From NCBI RefSeq assembly GCF_011386835.1, contig NC_088808.1, forward strand, positions 17,360,001-17,424,000: a DNA stretch of 64,000 nt, read 5' to 3'. This document shows, in pieces, positions 22,901 to 34,900 of this stretch (the first letter of the stretch is position 1; each line of letters begins with the position of its first letter). The stretch comes from Chrysemys picta bellii (lineage: Eukaryota). Position numbers and translations under genes: made by a program. The notes beneath the pieces are model-generated. The model was not told where the DNA came from and made no database searches. It saw only the letters and a list, made by a program, of their open reading frames with translations.

Positions 22901-25900
22901 TGTAGCCAAGGCCTCAGTGAAGCCTTCATTGAGCATCTCAGCCCCAGGGAGATGGAGGTATCAAAGTGAAAAGGGGTGGTAAATACCGGGTGAGGTTGAG
23001 CTGGGAGAGGCTAAAGACATTTTCAATGAACAATGTTCACGGCTTGGGTTTTTAATCCTAATGGATCTGCTCTCCCGTTTCCCCCCCACCTGTCTCACCC
23101 TTCTCTGAGGTTTGACCTGGAGTTACCCGATGGAAACAAGCAGCTGCGTGGAGTCACCCAGCTCGGGGGAGCCTGCTCCTCCTCCTGGAGCTGCGTTATC
23201 ACCGAGGACACTGGCTTCGACTTGGGAGTCACCATCGCCCATGAGATCGGGCACAGGTCAGAGGGCAAGACCCAGAGAGTCACGAAGTGTCAGCCCTTTC
23301 ACTCAGAGAAAATCGGCCCCCGTTTGCAAGCTGAGTTCAGGGAGCGAGCAAGTCACCTCGGGCGGTGCTGGGGTTCCCTCAGGTTCAGGTCCATCCTTAG
23401 GATTTATGGGGCCCTACACAGTATTATTAAACTGGCGCCCCTATGCCCAACTTGGGGCACAGCCATCACCCCCACCTGTGGATCCCCAGAAGACCCCCCC
23501 CCATTGCTGACACACACCAAGCTTCGTATGCAGCAGACACTGTGGCAGCCTGGGCTCACAGCCCGGGGTGGGAGGACGAGGCAGCAAAGGATACCAAGCC
23601 GCCCAGCCCTCCTCACGGTGGCGGAGAGTCACAGTTCCCTGCCGAGACCCCCGTGCCCTCTCCCTCATGCAGAATGCGCCGCACTGGCGCAAAATTTTCG
23701 GGTGCCCTACGCAGCCAGGTATGCTGCGTATGCCTAAGGACAGCCTTGCTCAGGTTGCTTGAAACCCAACTCTGGAGAGAAGGAATGGGAATGAGGGGCC
23801 CAATCCTGCAAGGTTCTGAGCTCCCTTCACTCCCATCGTCTTCACTGGGAGCTGAGGGCACTCATCGCCTCAGGAGGTACTCAGCACTGTGCACAGAGCC
23901 GATCCTCTTCTGCATGGACGTCCTCCGTGCTCGGCTCCGTGGATTCCAGCCCCTCAGAGGGCACAGGTCACCTTTGCTAATCGATGTGGTGGGGTCTTGG
24001 TCCAGAGAATGGTGGGGACTCCCGGTGGCATGGCGGGGCGTGGTGACGAGAACTCCGTGCAGTGAGTTACCTGTGGGCGGGTCGAGGATAACGAGGGGAA
24101 GACTGGCAACGTAGAAAAACACACCAGAACAGAAGCTAAGATTTATAATCCCTGCTCCAAATTCTTGTCTGGTATAAATTTGTGCAGCTCTGGTGACCTC
24201 AGCCGGCCTGTGCTCGTTTACGCCAGTGGAGAATTTGGCCCGTTGTTTTGCTTGAGCCAGGTCATTCACAGCCAAACGTTTCCATCAGCCTCAGGTACAA
24301 TGGTGCCTCTTCATCGCCCTTTCCCCAATCCTTCGTCCCTCTTAGCCTGTGTAAACTCTTCAGCACAGAGACCATCTTTTCCTAGGTGTATGGACAGTGC
24401 CAAGCACCAGGGGGCCCTGATCCTGACTGGGGCGTAGAGGCACTAATGTCATGTCAGTAATACCCAGTAAGCACTAGCGTTCTTCAGGAGAAAGCGCAGC
24501 GCGCTAGGGAGAAAGGGAGGGAGATGGAATTAGAACAAAACGCAGTGGAAACGTCAATATTAATTAACACTTTGCACTTCCCTCCCGTTGCATCTCTCCA
24601 CATTGGGCTGAGGGTCTGAGAGCACTTTGTGAACGGTGAATTACGCCTCGCGCCACTGCCACGTAGCAGGGAAATACTATTGACCCCCTTTTACAAAGGG
24701 AGACACTAAGGCACAGAGGAGGGAAGTGACTTAGCCAAGATCACTCACGCGCTCCCGGAATAGAACTCAGGAGTGGTGCCTCCCAGCCGGGGGTTGAAAC
24801 TGCGCTCCGTTCCTGCAATATAACACCAGGAGATCAGCTGGAGATTATCGATAACGCCTCCCGCCCCTTTATCTCTTGTGGCAGTTTTGGACTCCATCAC
24901 GATGGCGAAGGAAACCGGTGCAGTGGGAGTGGCAACGTCATGGGCTCCGAAGGCTACCGCAACAGTGTGGACCTGGTCTGGTCGGACTGCAGCAGAGAGC
25001 AGTTCCTTGCCTTTCTCAGGTAGAAGGAACCAGCTGTTCTCCATGCTCCTCGGCATGTCTGCGCTGGGGGGAGGAGAAAGGCAAGGAACGAGGTGGGGGA
25101 CTCTCGGAGAATGAGGCGCTGTAACTCCTCGGGGGGTTGGTTGATTTTCGGAATGAACAAGTGGTGAAGAGAGCAGACCTCTCTGAGCCTAGCACAATGC
25201 TCACGTTTCCCGGGACACCGATAACGAACTCCCAGACTGAAGGCCTTGCGCCTGTGTTAGCGTATGTGCGTGTCCTTGCTGGCCGTGTGCGGGAAAGTGA
25301 TGTCTCTTGTGGCTTTCCCAGGACAGGCCAAGCAAGCTGCTTGAACGACCTGCCGGACCTGGAGGGCAGCATCCCCGGGTGGAAGCCTGGCTTATATTAC
25401 GGCGCAGACGAGCAGTGTAAAATAGCCTTCGGGAGCGCAGCCACGGCGTGCACCTTTGCCAGGAATGACATTGTAGGTACAATACTTTCCATCCCCTCGG
25501 GCTTCTGGCTGGTAACGGCCACCCCCAAAGTACTGCAGCTGGGACGGGTGTGGTGGCGCAGCCGGGCGGTGGGCTGGCATTGAGGGGGGGCAATGTTCAT
25601 CTGTGGGGCTCTCGGCAGAGAGAGGCTTAAAAAAATTTGGATCACTTGCCCCTTTTTCTGCCCCTCCTCTCTCTCTTCCACTCAAGTCTCCTCTTCATTC
25701 TGATTTAACATTTGCATTGCAATAGTGCCCACAGAGCCTGACCTGGTCAGGGCCATGCTGCGCTAGGTGCTGTACAAACACACAGGGAGAGAGACGCCGT
25801 TGGTGAGGAGCTCTCCCTCTTCCCTCTCTTGTTCTACTCCATCTCTTTGCTCTCCGGATCCCCTTTGGCCCCTCCCTTGTACAAGACTGTGTGGCTCCCT

Positions 25901-28900
25901 GCTGTTTGCAGGCCATGCGCAGCATTGTTAATGCGTCTCGTTAACAAGGAAACACTAATCCGGCTGCAAACCTCCGCCGCAGCGACCAACCCTCGTCCTG
26001 TGCCATAACGATTGGCAGTGCCAGTACCTGGAAGCGCCTACAATGCCTGCCACATGCAGCATGGGCCTCACCTCTTTCCACTCGAAATGGAGACGCTCAG
26101 GAAATTGCCTAGGCCCTTGGGATTTGGAGGGAGAGAGTGGGTGCTGGCTTCCTGCTAGAAGGAAGCGGCTGGGTGGGTGTGGGTAAGGCATGCTTGTCTT
26201 CCTACTGCTCCCTGGTATCCTGTGAGTGCCGAGCACACCCAGAGCCATGGCCCGGCCTAGGGAAGCCATCTACTGTGGTCTGCAGTGTTCTGGCTGGGAG
26301 GTGTGGGGGTCCTACGTTGGTGAGATAGGGGCGGGAGCTCAGGTTGAGTGACTGGCACAACAGCCTCAGGTACGCACTGAACAGCCTGGCTTCCCTGCCC
26401 TCCCAGGACATGTGCAGAGTTCTCTCTTGCCACACCCATCGGGCTGACCAGACCAGCTGTACACGCCTTCTTGTTCCCCTTCTGGATGGGACCGAGTGTG
26501 GGATCAATAAGGTAAAGGGTCTCCAGGCACTGTGAAGATTGGAGGTGGGAGTGGGTGGCTGCCGGGCACATGGGGGGGCAGGGTGGTGCAGTGGGTGACT
26601 GTAGGACACATTGGATGGTTGGGTGGCGGAGTGGGTGGCTACAGGGCATAGTGGATGGCTGGTACAATGGGATGAATGAGCTTTCCTATGTAGAGAGCTA
26701 AGTCTGAAGAGTGATGGAGAATCCACCACCACCCTTGGTAAATTGCTCCAAGGGTTAATTAACCTCATTGTTAAAAATTTGCACCTTTTTTCCCGTCTGA
26801 ATTTGTCTGGTGTCACCTTCCAGCCGTTGGACTGGGTTATCCCTCTGTCTGCTGGACTGAAGAGCCCGTTATCAAATATGCTATCGGCATAGGATGTTTT
26901 CACTGTTTGTCCCCCACGGGAGGTAGAGCTGCAGGAGAAGATGCCTCGCTCAGCTCCTCCCCTCGCGATTTGGGGTCCAATTTCCCTCCCCTCCCAGGCA
27001 GGGGAGTGACTGAGGCACAAGATACTGGACCCTTCCAGTTGCATTTCTCCCAGCCGAAGGGGCAGAGCCTCCCCCTCCCCCCAGCTCCCTGCAGTATTAG
27101 TTGTGGCACTGCCGTTGCTGATCTCGGTGGTGTTCTGGGTTGCAGTGGTGCTCCAAGGGACGCTGTAGCTCTCTGGAAGAGCTGACCCCTGTGGCAGTGG
27201 TGCATGGGCAGTGGTCCAGCTGGAGCCCCCTCACCGCTTGCTCCCGCAGCTGCGGAGGAGGAGTTGTAACGAGAAGACGACTCTGTAACAACCCCAGGTA
27301 AAGACTTTCCTCTTTCCCGGCAGCGCCATTGGAGGTGCTTGCAGGGCCCTCCGGCTGTTTGCAGGCCCAAAGTGTCCGTGCTTCCGCTTGTTTCACGTGT
27401 TCGAGTTCATTGAAACGTGGGCTGGCGGCCTGCGCTGTACACAGCTTTTGTCAGTGTAATAAATTCCTTGTGTCTCTACTGACCGTGTGTGTCAGTCTCA
27501 GGTCTCGTTGCCTTTCCCCTGCCCAGGCGTGTCATTGTCCGGATGAGTCTTTTCAGTGCCTTGATGCCTGTGTCGCTCCATTCTGCTTCTTAGCATATGC
27601 GCAACGTGCCTCTGGTGGCACATGACCAAGATTCATCACTGAATTTGGTCTGCTGGTTGGGTCATTAGCTTCCCCGGCCTGGGAGTGCGACATGAACGCT
27701 GATCTATGCCCCCCGTCGCTCCATTGATTGGCTGCATCACTGACCCCTGTAGCTGTCGTTTCATTAGCCGGCTCGGTGTGGCTGTCCACGAGCCAGATTT
27801 TGCTGCTGCAGGGCAGTCCCAGATCCTGTGTATTTGGATGATCAGGATCCTCTGTTTCCTCGCTGTGGGGCAGCTCTTCCAGCCTCCCGCCTGGCTGCCT
27901 GCGGACCCACATGTCTGTTGTTTTCAGGCCTGCTTTCGGGGGTCAGGAGTGCAGGGGAGCAGACCTCCAGGCTGAGATGTGCAATACGCAGGTAGGCTGC
28001 CTTCTCTAGCTCCGCAGGCATCACCCGCATGGCCAAGCAATGCACTGTCAGTTTATATGCCACTTTGAACCCTTTAAGAACTGTACCATCCAGGGCCACA
28101 GCTTTGAGAGTTGAAACAATTGATTTCCCTGGGAAGGAAACCAAGCGTTGGGCATGCAGTCTCCATCTGTGTAACAAGACAGGTATTTGTTCCACTGTCG
28201 CTGAGGCCAATTACTGACTAACAACGGACCAGCCCCATCAATCTTTAATAAAGCATCTTATCTGGGACCCCTCAGAGAGCCGGCCAGGCACTCCGAGGGA
28301 GGGGTAATTCCCAGCCCAGGTAGATGGACAGCCGCTGGCTTTGGTTGTGCTAGCATGCAAGTGGCCATGATGGTGCGGGTGACAGCATGCGCTAGCCACT
28401 TGAGTACTGACCTAGGGTCTTGGACGGGATTGTACTTGGGTGGGCAACCTGTCCCAGTGCCTGTGTCGCCATGGCAACACTGCAGCTTTTAGCGCGATAG
28501 CTCAATCAAATCTGGTGTGAGTCTGTCCACCCGAGCTGAAGATTACCCCTCTAGCTGCAATGTACATACCCCGAGTCCTTTCAGTGAGGGATTGTGCTCA
28601 ACAGGAGCCATGCTTGTATTGTTCACAAGTAGGAAAGATAACATCATCTGCAAACCATCTATCTCCCATTCCTAGACCATCTCCTCCTCCCCAAATTCTC
28701 CTGCAACTTCACTTCAATGGGATAGTCTTCTTCATTTGCTATTTTTCTATTTGTCAGCTGCTGCTTTTCACCCCAGAGGTGGCTGCACTTAGGTAGTGGG
28801 TGAAGTGGGTCCTGGGATTCTGCTCTTATTATATTCCATTTCACTTTCCTTGCATTAAATAATCTTCCTCTTCCATAGGCCTGTTTGACCTCCCAGTTGG

Positions 28901-31900
28901 AGTTTATGGCTGACCAGTGTGCCGCGACAAATGTAAAGCCGCTGTATCTCATTCCAGAAGTCCCGTTTTTTTATAAGTGGACGTCGGCTGCGGCTTATGC
29001 CAAAGGTAAAGAGGGAGAGAGAGAGACAGTGGTTCCTTTGGGATAGAGAACCCCCAGTGCAGCCTAGAGTCCTGATCTTAATGGCAAATCAAATGGCAGC
29101 TTTACTGGTGGTTACAGCCTTTCCTGACAATTCCTTTTGCCTTCTTCCCATAGTGCAATTGACTCTCTTGTGCCTTTTTGCTTGAGTAACTCTGCCTTTC
29201 TCCCCATGTCTGTCACCCCAGGGGATACCCTGTGCAAACACATGTGCAAGGCAGAGAAGAAGAATTTCATGGTGAGCCGTGGGGTCAGTTTCACCGATGG
29301 AACCCGGTGTGAGCAGAACAACGGCAGAGCTGAAGCGGCTTTCGATCTGTGCGTGATGGGCAGCTGCAGGGTAAGGATTTTCCTCCCCGCAAGTGGATGG
29401 TGGATCCGGGCCAAGCTTCAGATATGGGATCTAAATGGTCTCAAAGGCGCCATCTCCTTGAGGAACAAGCAAACTGCGACCCAAACTTTTGAGGCGAGCT
29501 CTTCTATAAGATCAGGATTTGTTATGGCTGTTTGGACTTTTGGACTAACTAATTGGGCATCCCGCTTGTGCATCCAATACCAACCCTCCCCAGCTAGTCC
29601 ACCCTGCTGATTATACAGTGCTGTACATGTGTGTGTAATTCCTTCCTGACCAGTGCAGCAATCAGTTTATACCTTGATGCGTGCGACTGAAATAACCTTG
29701 TTATCAATTCAGCTTGCATAGCTATATATGTTGTTACGGTAAGTGGGCAGACCTGGACAGAACTAACTCTCCTGCAGGAGAGGTTCGCCTAGAGTCATAC
29801 AATGGGGTCACTGGCAAAATGAGGAATAGAATTTAAGAATCCTGACTCTAAAAGCCACGGTGTAACCACCATCTGCGCTTGCTTCCTCTGCCCGTGTGTA
29901 TCCGTGCTCACTGGGGTTACAAAGAGAAAGGTAGCTTAAAGAATGTAACACAGGAAATGCCACTTTAAGCCGGTCTGGTGGCTCTACCCTTTGCTCAGGT
30001 GTTCGGCTGTGACGGCAGGATGGACTCTGGGATGGTGCTGGACTCCTGCAGGGTGTGCGGGGGAGACAACGCCACGTGCACCAGAGTGAGCGGCTCTTAC
30101 GCAGAAGGAAAAGCCAAAGGTCTGCAAGCCACAGCCCCGCTCTCCACATCAGGGTCTATCTCAGTTGCCGGATGCCCCCAAAGCAGACGCCGAGCTCTGT
30201 TCTGTGCCCATGCCGCTTCTTGGATGTGGTTTTGCTTGTTTCGGTTTGGTGTGGAATATGCTGGTGGAGGCTGTCAGAGATGGAGACTGATGAGATTAAT
30301 GCTCATGCAGCCTGAGATTCCCCGCTGAGCCATTTGCAATGTGGCTTCCCTTGTTGCCACGGGCAGGGATCCTGAACTCTGGCCTGCGGGGACGAGCTCA
30401 GCCTAGCCGAGTTCTGTAAAACAGGGGGGCTGCCTGAGCAGTAAAACGTTGCTCTGCCTGAGCTAGCCCCTGCCGCCACCCTCATGTAGACTTCTCTGGA
30501 GGGTAGTTTTAAAAATTGAAAGTGAGCGGAGGGCTTTGGCAGCTAGAGCGGAGGACGCTGAGGCCATCTTCCCAGGTCTGCCACTGATTCAGTTAAGCTC
30601 TCCTGGCTCTATTCGTCCCAGGGGTGACTCTGAAGTCAGTGGAGTGACACCGGGGGGAATTTAGTTCTCTGTGCCTCCGCCTGTCCTTCCGTAGTATAGC
30701 GATATAATACCTTCCGTGCAGGGGAGTTTAGAGGGTTAATTACAGTCTGTAAAGTGCTTTGAGATCCTCGGAAGGTGCACTGTGAGGGCAAGGACTGTAA
30801 TTACAAATCCCCCCCACTCCTTACAGAAGGTGCAAAAGTGAATGTGACCGCGTCTTCTCTGTGTTCGTTTCCCAGAGTATGTTACGTTTCTAGCCCTGCC
30901 TCACAAGACCACCCTCGTCTACGTTGCCAATCGCAAACCCCTCTTCACACATTTGGGTGAGTATAATGGGAAGGCTACCGGGCCGGTTTGGTTCCTGTGC
31001 CCCCAAACACGCAGGCAGTCTAGAGAAAGGGCAGACTGGGGGAAGGGTCCTGGCAGTGCAGTCTCATCACTTGTAGGGTACTCTCGGTAGAGAAGCGGGG
31101 GAAGCTCCGTTGCTTGGGAGGTTTAAAATAGACTGGAGAGGTCACTAGTGGATGCATAGAAGGAAGCCATTGTCTCTAGTTGATTCTGTGAACACACAAT
31201 ACCCCTCTGCCCTGACTACCATTGATACTTCTCTAGCTGTGAAGGTCCAAGGTCGGTATGTGGTGGCCGGGAGGGAGAGAATCTCCTTGAACACCACCTA
31301 TCCGTCGGTAATAGAGGACAACCAGATCAAATACAGGGTGTTTCTCACCGAGGACAACCTGCCAAGCCTGGAGGAAGTCCATGTCGATGGGCCAACCCAA
31401 GAGGACATTGAGATACAGGTAGCTCGGTAGGGCTGGAAGGGGGATAGCCAGAACTGGCTTGGGGCTGCGTGGCTCAGGGCTAAGACCTACAAGGCAGAGT
31501 CTGATGGTGATTGAGGCTTTGCTGATTCTCCCACAGCAGCAGAAATTGAGCTCCATGCTGGTGATGGTTTCCTTATTCTTGGAGATGGTTGAGCACATGT
31601 TCCCTGTGTGTTTTCTGTAGACTTAGGTGAAGGCTGGATGGGGGAAGAAAGGAGAAAACAGCAGAATTCTGGCAGCAAATCTCCCTTGTGATGCAAGAGG
31701 TCGGTTCCCTTCCCAGGAACAAACCTGGTGGAATTACAAGGCTGTTTCTCTAATTAAGCAGTTCCCATCGTTCATTACCGAGGTTCATGCTCCAGTAGCA
31801 GACACACACATGTTGAGGCAAAGCCACCCAGAAGAGGGATGTCCCTATCAGGACGTGAATTCAGATTTGGATTTTGGTTTTTATGGCAGACTTAATCTGA

Positions 31901-34900
31901 GTTTGAATGATTGGAAGTGATAAATAGAGCCAGTGTTAACTTGAAATGTTTACAAAGAACATTGGCTTCATAGTGTCTATTCAGTGCCCAATGGATGGGT
32001 GTTCACAGCGTAAGTCCCCCCACTACAGCTTGCTCTACTTGCCTGTCTCAGCAGAGGCAAGAGGGCTGAACTGGCCAGAGAGACTCTACTGCCATCAGAG
32101 GCAGACCCTCTGAGTTGGGGGCGAGTGCTGGTGGGGAGCAGCAGTGGGAGAAAAGGTTGCATTGTCCCTGCCTGTGCTGTAACACACAGAGATTGTCACA
32201 CTCCAGGGCTTTTGACCCAGCACCTTTCACGAGCACTCCATTAATTAGAGAGTATAATGAGAAGTGATAATCAGGATAACGAAGAGGCTGCAGACACTAT
32301 GTTTCAGTTAATTTATAAATTCTGGAATTAAACAGGGAACAGTCAAAGATGCGGGAAGGAATTTAATACAGATGATGTTATTTTGTGTGTAAGGGACTTC
32401 TGAGTAGGGCAGCAAGAGTTGATTGCCTGTACCATATAGAAAGGAAGTGTCACAATTGGACCAGAGACTGTACTTGTGGCCAATCAGAAACCAGCACTGC
32501 CGCGATTCTATTCGTGGTACCTGATTGGTTGAGAAGTTCTTTTAAGGCCTTATGTCCTAACTCTGAACCATTTTTAGAATGCTGAGTTTAAAAACTTTTA
32601 TTAGGGAGTACTAATAAACTCTCCAGCATGCTGATTGGCTGACAGAAATTCCATTGGCATTGATACAACCAGATGTTTATTAGGGTATGAAAAGAAACCC
32701 CAACTACTGGAGTGTTTGGAATCCACATCCAGATCTTGCACCCAGGTTCCATCTTTGCTATCCATGTGCTCAGACACATTCCTCTGACTTGATCTGGATA
32801 CGCAACACCATACTGACCTGGGTTAAGCTCTAGATTTCTACACTCTTCTCCTTCCCAGGTTTATAGGAAGTATGGGAAAGAATATGGAGATGTCACCAAC
32901 CCAGACATCACCTTCAGCTACTTTATACCAAAGGAGAAACAGACACATGTGTGGATTCCTCAGTTCAGGACCTGCTCGGTGAGCTGTGGGGAAGGTGAGG
33001 CAGATGTGAGAACGAATGGTTAATTGGGGGAAGCTGCTCAGGCTTGGAGGTTGACTGGCTGCTATCCACCTAAGTCCTCAAACCTTCTGGACTCACTTTG
33101 CTTATTGAAAGAAATACGCTCGGTATCGGTTTCATACATTTTATTAAAACTTATTAAACAAACTGAAATTTTAAAAAGTGGCCAGATCTAAGCTGTTATT
33201 ACTAATATTAAATTAAACTAAGAATAAAGCAATAGAGCTATCAAATCATGAGCAAATCAACAAGCTAGATTCAACAATGGATTGGAATTAAATCCTCAAA
33301 TGAATACTCAATATAACCAATCCTTATAAACGCCAAAGAGGATTCTAAGAAGGTGGCTGTGCATTTGGTTATAAACCCCAGCTAAAGAATTTGGTCAAAG
33401 TCCATCAAGTCTATGATTTAGAGCTAGTGAAGTGTCTTAATACTGAAACCAAATTATTACCTAATGTCTGATCTAGAACTGGATGAATTTTTATGCACAA
33501 AACTTTTTTTATTTCTGTTTTGGAACTGGGCTAACAGTTCAACAGCTTATCTTTTAGAACCTTCCTCTTGATCGCGAAAAAGTTTCTTTAAAATCTTTCA
33601 AGAAATAGAGTTTTAAAAGTTTATATAAGGGCTGAATTCCCATATTTGTTCTTTCTCTGACACATTTGGGGATTCACTTCTGTCTCATTGGACAAAGGGA
33701 GCTCACAGTTTCTTTCTGTAAGAGCAAAGACCAGCCCGTAAGTCAGCCTAGAATTTCCTTTCCCTTTTTCAGCTGGGGACCTCAGCAATGGCGGTTCTAA
33801 TATTTTACTGAACTTTCATTCCCAGGGGTGCTACTGGTCGATCACTCCTGCTTTGACCAGACCAGGAATGAAATAACAGATGATCAGCAGTGCTTGGAAA
33901 CGCCACAGCCCTCTTCCAGGCAGGAGCCCTGTGCCATGGCACCATGCCCACAAGGGTGAGTATTCCTGAATGGCCTTTTCCACCACTAAGCTAAAGTCTC
34001 TTATCACTAGAGATGGGCATAGCTGGCTCTTGTCCTTTCACAGCTGGGTGGCGGGGGACTTCGGCCCCTGCAGTGCCACATGTGGGGGTGGAGCGATGGA
34101 GCGGCTGGTTCGCTGTATGAAGAAAGAAGGGGGCTTGATCCTGACTCTTCCCGATTCCAAATGCACGGATGCTCCCAAACCTGCCTCCACCAAGGCATGC
34201 AGCACTGAGCCGTGTCCCATAAGGTAATTCAGAGGCCCCCTGAATGTGTGTGTGTGTGGGGGAATAAATCATTGACTCTTTCTCCCCTTGTTTTGTGTGA
34301 CAGTCCTGTGGTCAGGGTGGGTTATTGCATGTTCTTCATTCCTGCGGGCTCCTTGTTCCTGCCTGGGCCACGTAACCGTTTCTGTTTCTATGCCCTTCAC
34401 AGTGACTCCTGCGGGGGCAACAGCTCCTCAGGCTGGGAGTGTGGGGACTCAGCCATGAGGGGATGTTTGCCCTTCCTTTCCAATCACAGAGACCAAGTGT
34501 TCTCCCCAGCGGCACGGCTCTTAATCGGGAGAAGGTCTAAGTGTTGTCTAGGCTGGAGTAGGGGACTGGGAGCCAGAACGCCTGGGTTCTTTAATCAGCT
34601 CAGCCACTACTTGCTGTGCGACCTCTTGAACATATCACGTCACCCCTCTGTGACTCGGTTTCCCCATATGTGAAATGGGAGTCGTGAGGGTCAGCTGATT
34701 CATGTTTATAAAGTGCTTTGAGATCCTTGAGTGGTGCTATTATTTCCCATGTAGATGGAAGGAATCTGAGCTGGGCAAATGCTCTGCCATCTGTGGGGTT
34801 GGAGTCACCCAGCAGAACGTGACCTGTGTCCAGATTCTTGATGGACTGGAGACCACAGTAGACGACAGCCTGTGCCCGGCGGAAGAAAAACCTCTCGCTT

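Noticed and set aside
23033-24275. Long ORFs of 234, 223 and 137 aa
   Set aside because: One is the real 147-nt ADAMTS13 exon plus intron read-through; the rest fall in a GC-rich MITE and intron with no protein signature.
26202-27370. 280-aa and 156-aa minus-strand ORFs
   Set aside because: They are antisense to ADAMTS13 exons and run across a CR1 fragment; no coherent domain.
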